From Phoronis australis (Eukaryota; Animalia; Phoronida): a stretch of 64,000 bases of DNA. Below are positions 34,616 through 48,800 of the stretch, one piece after another. Numbering within the stretch: position 1 is the first letter of the stretch; every line of letters begins with the position of its first letter. The translations under genes were made by a program, and so were the position numbers. A model generated the notes under the pieces. The model saw only the letters and a list, made by a program, of their open reading frames with translations. It ran no database searches and was not told the origin of the DNA. The DNA is taken from assembly GCA_002633005.1 (NCBI GenBank), contig NMRA01000372.1, forward strand, positions 335,058 to 399,057, read 5' to 3'.

Positions 34616-37600
34616 TTCTATGGAAATGTTTAAGTGTGGGCCGTTAGTGATAAGTTAAGTTTTATTGGATCTCCCTATTCGGTAGCAAGGGTCGATACAT
34701 TGTGTCTCACTCTTTTAAGTCGACTAGCTCTCCACTGCCGTGTCAAAGCATACTGAAGATAATGCGCGACCGTTGCATAAACATGCAGTCTCAAGATAAT
34801 CATACGAACTTCAAACGTGAAATTGTCACCATACCTTGCGACTTCTTTAATTACCGTGTTATACCCGAAATAATACCTTCTTCGCGGTCTTGTTTTTACC
34901 CAAGTGGTTCACAAATTGGTGCATGCGCCTGAATTTCGCATATAAGCCCAGGCAATGTCCACTGCATAGGCCCATGGGCTACATTAGTTTGCACATAGGC
35001 GCGCTCGTTTTCCTTTTAAACATTGATTTGCTTTTCATGACATTTAATCGTATTGCCGCGCCTAGAGAATCATGGGCCTTTTTTCCGAAATAATGCCTTT
35101 TTTCGCGCCTTTTTTACCCCAGTGGCTCGCATATTGCCTCATGTTCCTAAGTTTCGCATATAAGTACAGTTCCACACTAACTCCCATGGGCCTAATGGCG
35201 CGGCAATACGACGTATAGTAATACATTCGGAATTTAATAGAAGGCAATACACGTGAACAGTCTCATTTCCATCTGTACATGTTGTTGGGGAGAAAAACTA
35301 CTAAGCGTGGGCCTCCACAACCCGCCACACTGTACACTATTACAAGCGCTACACACAGTCACGGCATCACAGCTTCTTCTGACTGCCAGAGTAACAGCAA
35401 GCATTCCCATTAGACTTTGAAAGAAGTGGGCCTACTTCTGCTAAATATATTTGAAATTAGATATCATTTTCGCTATCAGAGAGATTATAACATACGTTTA
35501 GATCAATAAAACAAATCCGTACATGCTTGTGCACATTGTTCAGTGTAGTTTTTACATGTACGTTCAATTGCGCATTAAGCACAAAGGACCACTTACATGT
35601 ACGGATATTTATCACACTACCGTAATATATAGTGTTAAAAGGACAAAATCAATATTCACTCAGCTCAAAATACATAGTTCCCGTACACGTGTCTTTAAGT
35701 TTATGTCGCTAGGTGTAGATTGTAATTTTAGCAATTAAGAGGAAGCCACTTTCCAACCTGAATGGAATCTAAAAAATATTTCCTGCTGAAACTGAACGCT
35801 GACATTTTTAAAACTCGGGCTTACTTTCAGGAAATGCAATCAGTAGTTACATGTTAATGAGGCTATGAGATAGTGTCTGTACATTTAGCCTGTGCACTGC
35901 GGGTAAAACCTTAGAGCGAGTTTGGTTGGGGTCTTTCAAGGCAGTCCTAATGTTTTTGGTTATCCATTACTTGCGTCAAATGTCATTGATTTTTTTGTTT
36001 TATGAATACCGGTAAATACAATAGGCAACCTTACTATCCAGAAATCGAATTAACATAATTAATGTCTGGCGATGTGATGTGGATAGCAGATACAATGTAC
36101 TTTGGTATAGAGATAAGCTACTTAGGAGAAATACCTGTATGATAACTTTAATAATTAGGAATAATTGACTGGCGCCATTCGGCAAATCACGAGAACCAAA
36201 TCCTGAAACTTTTAGTTATCAATCTGCGATACAATGTTATCAATTTGATGCTGTAGAAAGTTACTAGGGTTTGGAGCAACGGATGGCCTAAATAGCTAAG
36301 TATTGGTCGTGCAATAAAAAGATTAGGCCGGTCGCAAAAAGAAGAAATATTTTAAAAATTATGCCTGGATTTTCAGCGTTTAACAGTAATTCGAACCTTA
36401 ATTTCCTTGAGCGGAGTATTACGAATTGAGCTACAGGTGTAGTTAGAGGAATGGCATTTTTTTGTTTTCGATATCTGATGGGAATGGTCTTGAAGGTTAC
36501 ATGTATGGCCCCAGAAAAATGTCCACTTTGTAACTTCAGAACATCGAATCTCAGAAATGGCTGCCCGGATTCGTATGAAACTTTCAGATATTGTGTTTTG
36601 TATACTGTTTTTCAGACACGGAATTGTTTTCGAATACGTCCCACATTCGGATGAGGGGTACAGTACTTTGAAATGCATTCATGAAAAACCCTGTACCTGC
36701 ATAACACGAAAGTGAAACAAAATGTAAGCTGTTTTGTGATATCATCTTGAACATTCATATCAAATAAAATTTGACCATTTCTGATAGCGCTGTTTTGCTA
36801 TCAACGTGTCATATCCGCTACAATATAATAAAAATATGGACACGTGACCCACTTGATGAAAAGTTAAAAATCGAATTCTGCAGGCTTCTTGCTTTCAGAG
36901 GCAATAGATCGCTTTACTGGATTGAAATCTAGTTTGCAGACAATTGGCTATGGACACGGCAAATTGGAATGTCAGGCATTTTCTTATTTTTTGTAGCAAT
37001 TCAGTGTTACCAATTATTTTAAGTTGTCGTGAGTAAATAAAAATTGATACCTGTATTTACTCAGAAAATCGATGTATCGTAATGCTAGTCTCTGAAACAT
37101 ACCCGCATTGGACCAAGTGTATGAGACGCTCACTGAAGTATTTTAAAATCACTCAATTCGATTACGATGACATTAATTTACAGAAAAAACTGACATGGAC
37201 TTTTCTCATTTCCGGTGTCAGTTTTCATTCTTCAATTCACACGTGATTTTCAGAACAAAAGGTGCAATTTTGAAGCTGATGGGTGCCGACTGATAAGTCA
37301 TGTTCCTACTCATCTGGCAATTAGGCTTATTCGCATGAGAAGTGATTTGTGAGCTTGCTAAAGCCGCATTCACACGGAAGACGGCTAACTCGACGAAGCT
37401 AACACGGACCAGCTGATCGAGTAATTGTGTAAACACGGCTGACACGGAGCAATTTTAAAGTGACACCGCGGCAGCCAGTTTTTGACAACGGTTTGATAGA
37501 CAGAGCGAGTTATACTAGATATATTGCTCCAGTTTCAACTACACTTCTAAACGCAACAGGGGCAAGGCGGAAAGGTATAGTCCGGTTACCTATTGTCGTC

Positions 37601-39449
37601 AGGCTCCAAAAGTCGTCCGCCATCTTGTTTCGCGTGCAGCGCAACCACGCGGGACTTAGCGTTCCAATTTGGAGTGCTCGTGTGCACGTTAGGTACTAAC
37701 TTATCGGAAGAGACACGTATCAAAGTAATGAGACAAAAATCGGTGAGTTTACCGATTGTTTTTTAAAACCACTTAAAAATCAGTAGATTTTACTAATACA
37801 CTTTTTTGTGCGTTTTCAGAAGATGTTTTCGAATTTAAATTTTCTTCCGACGGGACACAAAACATGATCCAGGGTTTGTTTATGCAATGTATCTGTTTGT
37901 CCCAGGCACTAGTAGGATCTAGAAGGCCAAAGGAAAAATCCGCAGACAAATGCGATACGCTGGGTTCTTAACATTTTTGCCTCACGTTCACCATTAAACT
38001 GCATTGAAATGTTGTCCAATTGGCTTTTATTGGAAACCACAGTGCAGAGCTCAACATCAAAGCTTCAAATCGAGTTTATGTCAATAAAAACAGGCTGTTG
38101 CAATTTTCATTACTTCGTTGGCCTTTTTCTGCATGTTTCTCAGTTTTTACAAAAGGGGGCAGCATATGACGAACTTAGGTGTCACAATAAAATGGCTGCC
38201 GAAGGCAGTGCACATTTGAAATAACTCGGCACAAATTAAAGAAAACTTCCGAATCGATGAATGCGGTATATCTGTGAGAGTTAAATCGAATCCTATTCAG
38301 ATCATAACTTTGAAGTGGAATAATTCGGTGAGTACAACAGCAAGTCGGTTTTATGCTTAGGCGGACGACCATTGGGTTCCCGAGTATACCATCTTTCAAT
38401 GCGACTGCGCAATCATATAGCGTACATGCACATGTATATTCGGGTGATAGTGGCATTCGATCTACGTGGTTTGGACATTCGCTATTTTTATGCAAGCATG
38501 CGCAAGTAAGTGACGCACGCTGATCCAGTTTGCCATCTAATGTGTGAATGCGACTTAGGTAAGGCAAGTCGGGCCGTGACAACTGACACGGTGACAACCG
38601 TCTCTCACGTAAAAGCGACTTAAGACTAACTGATAGTACGTCATTGTGTGAGATAAGATCGGACTCCGAAAACAAAACGACTCGCCGCGACCAGCCAGCT
38701 TGTACAGTCCAGTTTACAGCAATGTGGAACTTCACGTTGTTTAATCATTTGACTATGGGTCAATTTCAGAGCAATGAGCAACGGTCAGGGCTCTAAATCA
38801 AAATATGTTTTGTGACGCAACGGTAGTCAGACGCTCAAAGAAAACAAAAAGAAGATAACGGAACCCGCAAACGTAAATACAGAGGACTGATCTTCAGTTT
38901 TAACCGATATCTATCAATCGATCAGCAATATATTTTTTTTAAATGGTGAAAACAAACGCGTAAAAATAACTTGAAGATTGGTTTACGAACAAGGTTGCCC
39001 TAGTTTGAACACCCGCAGTGACAACCGTCTCAGAGATATAGACAGCTGATCAACAAAAGACAACTGTATGAGTGTATCGGTATATTATCGAGACTAACAA
39101 GTGTTGCACTCTTTACAAGAAACGCATGCTCACATAAAAGTCTTGAATAACTACAACAAGAGGTTAACACAATTATACTGAAACAGAAATGACAAAATTC
39201 TCACAAAATTAGAATACTCTGAAGTGCCCACAGATGTCTTGAAACATTACATCATATTCTCTCATACTCTGTAGTACATTTGCAATGTCAACGTAGCCGC
39301 AAACTCCACAAATAAACTACGAACTAAAGTAATAACTACTGAAGATGCGATATAACATTTCGAAACCTTGTTACGGTTCATCTGTGTTTTCCAAATGATC
39401 AACTTTTCGTTTATTGAACACTGTCGCGAAATTGAACTTAAACAAACTA

Positions 39450-39830
39450 TGGTCAAAACACACGGCTCAGGTTGCCAAGCTGAAATCAGAACATCCAGAT
39501 TGATCCAGTATCCACAACCAAATAGAAAATGTATCGTCACAGCTGAGGCAATTCACTTCTCGATCAATGGGGTGCAGCTCGCAACGAAACTCAGTCGCGA
39601 GACACCAGAGTCGAGAAATCTTCACTGGCAAAAAAAAAACGTGTATTCTCTTCCATCCTTCATCGTTTCATCGATTTTGCGATGACTATTTCGACCGCCT
39701 TGGCTGGTAATTGAAGGTTTCGAACTTTTTCACAGAACGCTAGACTTTCTCTCGTGTGGTGTGATTTTGCGTGGTCTTGTGATCTACTCCAACTCGCAAG
39801 AAACCAGTTCCAAGGAACACATCCCGATGA
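39450..39830 (-). pseudogene. Probable degenerate TIR (Toll/IL-1R) domain
   Basis: Across frameshifts reads DVFL..ELE*IT..REKSLAFCEKVRN.LPAKAVE..IDETMKDGREYTFFF.SEDF.DSG..TEFR, in the order of TIR consensus motifs (DAF, WV, L.lC...RD..PG, I..SR..ifv.S..f..S.wc..Ef). Confidence 0.45.
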
Positions 39831-41961
39831 CCAGAAGTGAAAAAGTTCAAGTAACGCTGTAACTGATTTAGCTTCCGGTAATTATAACGACTGATAGCCA
39901 AGGGAGAGAATTTTAAATGCTATATTGTTTATAAATGCAACTAAATTATTCTTGTGCAACCATGGCACCTTCAATCAAAGTGAATCCACAAATTTTGTAA
40001 GCACAAATACGAAAAATTACCACGCATAACAAATACATGCAGAATATATAAAGGTATCACACTGTTCTTCCATAGTAGCACTAAATAACAGACAAAGGTA
40101 CAAAAGATAACAGTGACTTCTCTGTTTCTATGGAGGCAAATTGAAAAAAATCATTTGTCCAAAGTCAAACCTGACAAACACCTCATGTCTAAAGAAGAAT
40201 AATTAAGGATCTTTCAGCCTGATTAAAAAATCATAAAAGGAAGTGTAATAAACATCAATTTTGGAATGACATCTTAAATGATACTCTTTATCATCTTTAA
40301 TTTGTTCCAAAGAAACAGCATGGAGAATTGTTCAAGGTTTTACATTCTTGTGTAATACCAACAAAATGGTAAACACAGTAGAATAATAGCAAACTATTTT
40401 ATAATTTTGAAACAGAAAACTAAAGGTAATCACAGAACTGTAATTTACACATTTCCCCAATAATGTGCAAGTTTTAATTTCCAAACTTACGTTAAAAATT
40501 CTTCAACTTGGGACAAAAAATATAAAAAATTGTTAAAATTGCCAATATTTCCATTTTTATAGGCAGATCGTACTGTTGCTAATTCTCAAATTTCAACCAG
40601 CTACGCCATACAGGTACAAACCATGCTAAAAGCAAAGTAAATTTTTTCCAAAGTTATTTTTGTTACGAAATTCAACAAAACGAAATTTCACCTTTCCACC
40701 ATCCTATGTCCCAAACTGCAGAACTTCTACTGTACACTATGTTCTAAACTGGTTGAAACACCGGTACGAGTATCTTTAACTTGAAAGCGGAAAAGGTATC
40801 TTTAACTAGACAGATCACAATGAAAATATCACAGAATGAGTTAAGAGACCAATGGAATGCCATGAATAAAAACCTATCATTACCCAAACCAAAGGACAAA
40901 ACAAACTATACATTATGCAGAGGTAGCCAGGCACATTCAGGGTAAAGAAAATGGTACAATTCACACCTAGCAAAGTTCTGGGTGGTCAAAAAGTATGAAA
41001 AAGTGAACTGAATTCTATAGGATACGTTGGGCTGTATCCATGATAGCATAAATAAACATCACTAGATTTTTCATTTTTCATTCAGTTAGACTACACCAAA
41101 CGGTGTCCTCAAAGCAGATTATTGTTGAATCAAAATATGTCGAGAAGATAACAAAAATAAGGAATTTAGCCATTTTATTGGCAATACAGTGAACAATGGA
41201 GGTCAAAAGTATATGTACCAAACTGACAACATGTGTCACTGAAAAGTTTGCCTGTTTTACAATAACTGATACTTGGGTACAGTACTTTTCAAAATCAACT
41301 GAACAACGTTGAAACTCGATTAAGTTTCGGCGCACAAACCGCGATTTCTTTTTAATTGATATCCATTTCAATCAGGCTAAATTTCGACAATTTTGACAAG
41401 TGTTGCTCCATCCACATTCAAATCGTGACACACGGAGCTCCATCAACAAGAGTTCGACAATAACGCTAATTTAAAGCGTTTTAATAGCCCGCGAATAATT
41501 CAGGCAAGACGTTTATCCAATTGGGGCATAGTCTGACAGAAATGGGTCAAAGTTTATTTTGAAAACTACTGTACAAGCCAAATATTTTTACATAATAATG
41601 TAGAAGACACAGTTATTCAGTGCAACCCCATTGACACAGATACATGTACATCGACACAACTATGAAGTCATTGAGGGTTCCCACACAATAACACTCTGCA
41701 ACTGCCCTCTCTCGATTGACGTAAATATAAACATATAAAATACTAAATTATAAACTTGAACTAGAATATCACACATAACATGCAAATCCTCAGGATAACA
41801 TAATGACCACCACCCATATATAGTCATGTGCACCTTAACAGGAATGCATCAATTCAGAAGTAGTACTGCAAAGTACTGCACAGTATTTTATTAATTCCAA
41901 CTGCATTGCACAGTAGTGTCAGATACGTAACGGTACTGAGCTGTACTGCACTGCACGACAC

Positions 41962-42024
41962 TGCAATGCAATGCAATGCAATGCAATGCAATGCAATGCA
42001 ATGCAATGCATGCAATGCAATGCA
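41962..42024. repeat. (TGCAA)n pentanucleotide microsatellite
   Basis: About 12 units, downstream of the GRDP-like stop codon. Confidence 0.95.
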
Positions 42025-42367
42025 GCAATGCACTGCATGGTACTGTACAACACTGCATTATTGACAAATCAGTAATTGGACAATAACTAAACACCTCGTT
42101 TTTCAGTTAGGCAGACATGCTTAACTTGTCCATGAAAATTTGGAAAGAATTTGCCAAAAAATGGAAACAAAGCAGAGATACTGAAATTAAATCATCCAGT
42201 AATTAATAATTGCAAGCAAGCCAGTATAAAAATAAAACACAATCACAATCTTTCTGATTGAGGACAAGAAACTTTCGATTGGTTTGATTAATCCTTAATC
42301 GATGCAACTTGATAAGTACACCCCTTGCACATGTTTCAGACTGACATTGGCTTCGCGTAGTAAGCCA

Positions 42368-42801
42368 TTAACCGCCGCAACCCCCGCAGCCGCCTCCGCA
42401 ACCGCCTCCGCAACCGCCACCACCTCCACCGCAACCACCACCATCACCTCCGCATCCTCCACCGTCCCCACCACCACACCNCCACCACAGCCACCGCAAC
42501 CGGCGCCACCGCAGGAATCGATGCCACCGTGGAAGTCGTGGTATCCACCGCATATAGCGCCACAAGCGACGCCGTAGTGGAAGTGCATCCACGGGTTACA
42601 TGGCGTGCTGTAAAGATATCCTGCAGCCAGGAGTAACATCAGAGAGTCGTCACTGCGAACATGTCTGCTGCCACGGGATGGCTTGGTCTTGACCGTAACT
42701 TGGGGCGCGGGACCGAGGGTGGTGAGCCCACGACTGGATTGGACTGGTGCTCTCTGAGGGGCCTTGTCAGCGACAGGAGGTGGACGTGGTTGACAGAGAA
42801 C
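42368..42801 (-). CDS. GRDP-like terminal coding exon with Gly/Cys tail
   Basis: TTCCAG|GTT VLCQP...CGGAGCGGCG, N at 42481 shifts frame, then CGGGDGGGCGG...CGGCGG TAA. Confidence 0.85.
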
Positions 42802-45800
42802 CTGGAAATAAACATGGCCAACAAACATGACATGATGGTTTCTCAAACAATGTCAATAAATTTGTGAGAGATTCAAAGATTAACAATTACTTTCATTGCA
42901 AAATATCAGGCAGGTTTTAAATTCTAGGACAACTCACCACAACGTTTTTGATTAACAGGGACACTTGGTAGATTAATCATTCTCAACAAAGTCTACTACG
43001 CCCCCTTGTGGAGCATGATACAGAATAGACAACTTCCTGTTGTTATCATATATGAGACAGTGATCATTTGAGACAACGTATGTACGGAGGGAAAAACTAA
43101 ATCCTAGAACACCAGCACAGCACATGTCTGGTCAGATATTCTGAGCATCAATAAATATAGATATTGTAAATAGGGTACTGCTCATTATAAACCTTTGCAG
43201 TTACAAGTCTGGTTATGTCTGCCGAAATTATAAAGTTTGACTATGTTAATAATATGAACATGACGCTGTGTTTGCAAAATTGTGCTGGTCAATGATTTTT
43301 TCATAGTCAAGACTTCACAATAGGGTCTCAACTAGTATTTGAAAAGTGGGGTGCAAATGTGCTACAGTGACAGTCGCCACATGCGGCGGTTCCGCAGGTC
43401 GCCCTGACGTAACAGGACAGGAAGGTAGTCCCCTCCTGAAAAGCATAGCTGCCAACATTTGCCGATGGTCAATAGACAGTAATAGTCTGAAATCTAGATT
43501 TTTGACGGAATATTCATCGATGAACTTAAACAAAATATTGTACATTTCAGTAAAATTTATCATTCAGAAATGTTAAAATTTTTCAATTAGCCTTCGTTTT
43601 TGCCAAGGTTGTCTTGAAACGGGCCATTTCTTCTCTGTTGGCGGTGCAGTTCAAGCTGAGGGTCATGAGGACCCTAAGATGAGTTCCTGCTTACAACTGC
43701 CTTCACAAGAAAAAGTTGATGAACCGTTTGAAAATTAAAGTGGAAGTAATGACTATCTTAGCCAAAATTAGACTTACGATCTATGACGTAATAAGAACAG
43801 CACTAGTTCTCTATAAATACTCACATGAAGAACAGCCACGCTGAAAGCCGTTGCCAACAACTCGGCCATCTCATCAAAAGAGCTGTTGAGAACAGTTATA
43901 CGGCCTTCCTCAAGATCACTGGTGACATCAAGCAATTGGAAGTTGAAGTCTCCTCCACTAGAAGGCACCCTAGTACTGCCAGTCTTTTTCTTCATGCAGT
44001 TGACGCCCAACACTCGCAGATAACCTGGGTCACCTTGTACAGCTGGAGTACCACGGGTTGTACGGGTTCCTGAATGAAAGTGATTAATTTGAAGTATACA
44101 ACATGAACTAAGCAACACTTTTAGGTCTAAATTAACTAATTGTAAAAGAATTAACAGGGACTGAATTGTAAAAATCTGTAAAATGGACAGAGAGTAAAAC
44201 AAACATTAGTACTCCCCTAGAAATCACTTTCTAGGTTCTCATTCACTCCTAAGAACGAGCTTGGAGGAGTAGGAGACTCAGACATGCTCGACTGTCAGAT
44301 TTGAACTGAAGTCTCCCAAACAAGAGACAGGAGCTGAAACCATTGAACCGCACTGTCTTCATAATTGCAAGATAGTTAATTGTGTCTTTTAAACCAATCA
44401 TTTGGTATTTTTGGCAAACGAACCCATGACCCTCACTTCCAATAACGACACAAAAGTAACGCGGAATGTTGAAATGCGCTCACGGCTATACAACACAACA
44501 CATTGACCCTATCCAAAAATGCTTAAGCGTCCTCATCTTTCACAGAAAACCATTTGCCAAATTTTATGGAAATCAGCCATTAGAACTCGGAATTAATGTA
44601 CAAATTAAGGCAGTAACTGTATCAAACTGCCAAGAGGAACCACAGAGGCAGTCAAATTAAGGCGGTAACTGTATCAAACTGCCAAGAGGAACCACAGAGG
44701 CAGTCAAATTAAGGCGGTAACTGTATCAAACTGCCAAGAGGAACCACAGAGGCAGTCAAATTAAGGCAGTAACTGTATAAAACTGCCAATAGGAAGACTA
44801 CAGAGGCAGTCAAATTCGTCCATTTCCGCACTAATCTGACTTAGATTGGTTTCGTTGATAGAGGGCAGGACACCAAAAAACAAACTCGAAAACAGAAAAA
44901 TGGCCACTAGGTGGCGCACAATACTTCAAATGCATTCGAAAACAGGAATGTAGTATCACCTCACTAACTGATGCTTATTGGTCCAATTTTATAAGTCGTG
45001 TTGAGGATTTTCGAGAGAAACAGAGAAGTAAATGCAAAAAAACTAACGTTGCCATTGGGAGCACACCAGCAGTCCCATTCATAATGTCAGACACTCGCAA
45101 GACACTTGTTAAGAGAAATTTTCGCTTTCAAAACGGAAAAAAAACATAATAGTTAAACATTCCAGCCTCACCCAGCAGTGGTAGCCATTTTGCGTGTGTA
45201 CACGAGTAAGTTATCGAACTTGCGTCAAAATCTCTCCAACCACAGACAAAAGTAAAATTGTCAAATCGGCTTTTTTCATTTTTCAAGGGCTTCTAACACT
45301 GTTGTGAATGTCCATATTTTTTCAAAATATTGTCGGTTAGTAGCTATGGTGACGGAGCTTGAACACAGAAAAGTGTAAATGTGGTGCCACATTTCTTTTA
45401 TCGAAAAAACGAGAAAATAGGATTTCACTTGACCACCAAATTGTTTTAAAATTGGTGAAATTTTAGAGTACCGTTACTGCCAAACACTGTCTTTTGATGG
45501 CCAGACATTGCAATGTCTTGCGTGATCTTGCTACTTTCACGAGGAACTTGTACTACAGAACATAGACCCCGTGTAATCTCTGCGGTGTCAGTAAACGCTA
45601 TTTCGCTGAGAACAACAGAATGAAGACCTACCTTTCACAGGGGGCTGGCCCTTCTTGAAGCCGTCCCAGCACCCCTTCACCACGCCCCAGTCTCCCCGCG
45701 TGTTCTTGATGATCATGGCCCTCTCTCCTTTCTTCGTGTCCAAGGTGAAGGCTCCGTGGGCCACCTGACTAGCAACCTGAATCACACACCCACACATTAC

Positions 45801-48800
45801 GCAACTCTCACATTTCAAAAGACATGATTGCGCCTAGCTGTTAATTATTAATTTGGTACACTTGTAAGATAATTTGCGTCGATTTCTAAAATTGGCTTGG
45901 AGCAACATCTCGTTTTGTCGCCAGAATTGAAAAGCATTTCAGCCCCAAGGAAAAGTATAGTCAAAGGTGAAGGCTTTGCGCGATGAATCTTTGTCAAATT
46001 TTTATGATTTTCAGTCATAGCATTTGAGCGCCAAACCCCTCCTCCCCTCGCCCCCGAGATACCACTGAGCACTAATTGGTAAATATTTATTAGCCAATGG
46101 TTTAAAAAGGGCAATTACTGACTGAAAGCATTACCGTTCCCTAGCAAAAACCAGCATACTACGATTGGGGGAAATTGCAAAAAAGGCATACTGCAGGATG
46201 AAGCTGGCAATAAAAGTTCTCTGACCTTGGACAGTCTCCAAGGGACTTGATTAATTTCTTTTCTATTTTATATTAAACATACTTTTTACAAACATGTGAA
46301 AATGAAGAGAAAACATTCATGTGCAAAATTTGGGGGTCGCCATTTCTCGAATATTACTCCTGTGAATGCAATTTGGGGTAAAAGTCTCTCAGCAACTTAA
46401 GGTTCTGAATAAACTTTGTTCGTTGTAGGCGCAGATATCATTCATCATTTAAGTAAGCTAAACATGCTGTTATTGGTTTTAAAGGGGTACCAGTTCTTTG
46501 ACGAAAGGACGAATTTACGCGTACAATTTTTTCGTCAATTTAATAAGAAGACTATTTTGACAGAGAATGAACATAACAATCAACCTTAGACTCTCACCTG
46601 TGAAGGGTCCGGTAGTTGGTCAGTTCCGACAGTGTGACTGACCACGGTCATCTTGTCTCCGCAGAATATTTGGACAGCGGACATCATGAGTGGCAATGAA
46701 TGTATCACTCGGACAGTGAAGGCGAGACCGCTACCAGGCGTGTATAGTCTGCAAAAGGGTGGAAATCACTCATCACATTAACTAGTTGCCCATAAATGTC
46801 ATAAGAGATACAGAAATTATACGTACAGTCATGTCACAGCGGGACAAAAGTTGGCGATGGGTGCTGAAAGTATCGCATCGGTCAATGAAACTTCATACTT
46901 CGGTACTCATTCGCATTTACACCATCGACAAAAACGCACCCCCAAATGTGCGGCTAAACACCTACCTCCATATTTTTAAGATTCGCTTCTCAAAGCCTAC
47001 GCTCAATAACACAGCCTGAATCAACAACCACTTGAGATACTTTCCGTAAATTTCTCATCAGTTTCATAGCTTTAGCCCTAGTCAAGTACAAGTAAAGTGA
47101 AACACTAATCAGATTTGAATATCAAGTCATCCACTGAAAAAGAAAATCTTGGAAACGTGTGATTGGATACTAGTATTATCACACCTTTTTCCACGTTTCA
47201 GTCGAATGTCATTTTAATAAGCATGCAGCCTATATAGCAACGACCCCGGTGTTTGCAATTAGTAACAGTCTGAATTTTGTCACACAATTTCCAAGAGAAA
47301 ACTAACAGGAAATATGGAATTCAAAATTTCAGACCTCATACAGAGTACAAGGTCTTGCTAGAGGACATTAAACCAACTTCATATGACCTGCAGGACCAGC
47401 ATTAAATCAAACACAACAGTCAGTTCCCTGATAACCTACCTGTGAGAGGCCACTATGCAGGTGTTCTCTGAGCCAGGTGGCAGGCGAGGCAGGGTGACAG
47501 GGCCCCACAGCTGTTCCACCATCTCGGGAAGGACGCAGGTTTCAAACTGCCCCATTTGGACGTTGAACACACCTGGTCCAAGATGAATGTTGTCCACAAG
47601 AGCCTGGCAAATAGAAACCCATGTTACACTCTGTAAACCATTTGTCATGAACACTACCATGACGAACGAATTCTCAGTCTCAGCTGGACTACGATCAAAT
47701 TCTTTCTATTTAAGAACAAACACCAACTTGACTAAACTTACTCCATCATTTGGTTTGTGGAGGATGGGCAGACTAAGCGAAAATAGCAGTAATTTCCAAA
47801 ATAGTGACAAAATAGGTGATCAACTGCTGTTACTAAATAATTTATATGAACAAAATTTGTTGTACACACAACAATGCTCATTGTTCATAATTTCAAACGA
47901 TATTCGCCCAAGTTGTTTCTTGGACCTTACTTCGCAGCGCAACAATAAAGCACACAGCCAAGATACTAACAGTTAAATAACTACTGAAAGCTCAAGCAGA
48001 AACTACTGAAAATTATTAATCGTGAACACTGTTGTGCATTCAACAAACTTTGTCTGCAGGTACAGCTGCAGCCAAATCATTCTGACTGATTATACGTATA
48101 TTTTGAAAGATTCAGCCACGTGACCACCTTTACATGAGACTACTAAAAATGACTTATCAAACCTCGTGACTTGAAAAAATTACGAGAGGTGTTCCATGCA
48201 AATTGTCACTTTCAAAGAGGATTCTCGAGTAAATTATGGTGAACATAGGCCAGAGCCCTGTGATAAGTTAGATAGACATGTTACCCCACAATACCCCACA
48301 ATATCCCACAATATCCCATCATTCTCAACACTCAAGCAGCCAAATTCAATCGGGGAAAATGTCAGAACGCTTTGATATTAAGTTCTCTGGATATCTCGAG
48401 AAGAAAATGATTGTGCAGACCTATTTAGAGCTATCGTTGCTCTTGACAGCATTAGAAGAGTGAGGCAAATCGCCGAGCAAAAGGGTCACATCTCATTGAG
48501 TGTGCATTCACGTTGACTGAGTAAACATAATATGAGACCATTTAACTAATTAATTGATGCCAGGGGTTAGGAAAACAGGTCTTTCTGTTATAAACTAGTA
48601 GGACCTTTTAACTATACGACATGTCGGTGCATTTATTCAAATAACTACAAAACTGTAGGTTTTAACTTGGTGAAAGTGCAGTAACTGTTACATTGCCTTC
48701 GACTAGTATGTCGCTAGAGTTTCGTGTTTTACTTCTTACCAATCAGCCATTAACTGGGTCACATGACCCTGTCTTTTTGGTAAACTTTAACAAAAAGGAA

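Noticed and set aside
36500-37220. Complete mariner-like MITE (shares a CTCAGAAATGGCTG motif with about 4540, 5850 and 49125)
   Set aside because: Dispersed repeat motif is real, but matching termini and TSD could not be established by eye.
38175-38735. 186-aa minus-strand ORF
   Set aside because: No recognisable motif, non-ATG start and no convincing splice context.
42295-42480. Val/Ala/Glu-rich C-terminus in the 183-aa ORF and antisense Thr/Pro-rich ORF
   Set aside because: Alternative frames of the Gly/Cys codon repeat caused by the N-associated shift.
44601-44816. Second CRISPR-like repeat
   Set aside because: Plain 52-bp tandem repeat without spacers inside an intron.
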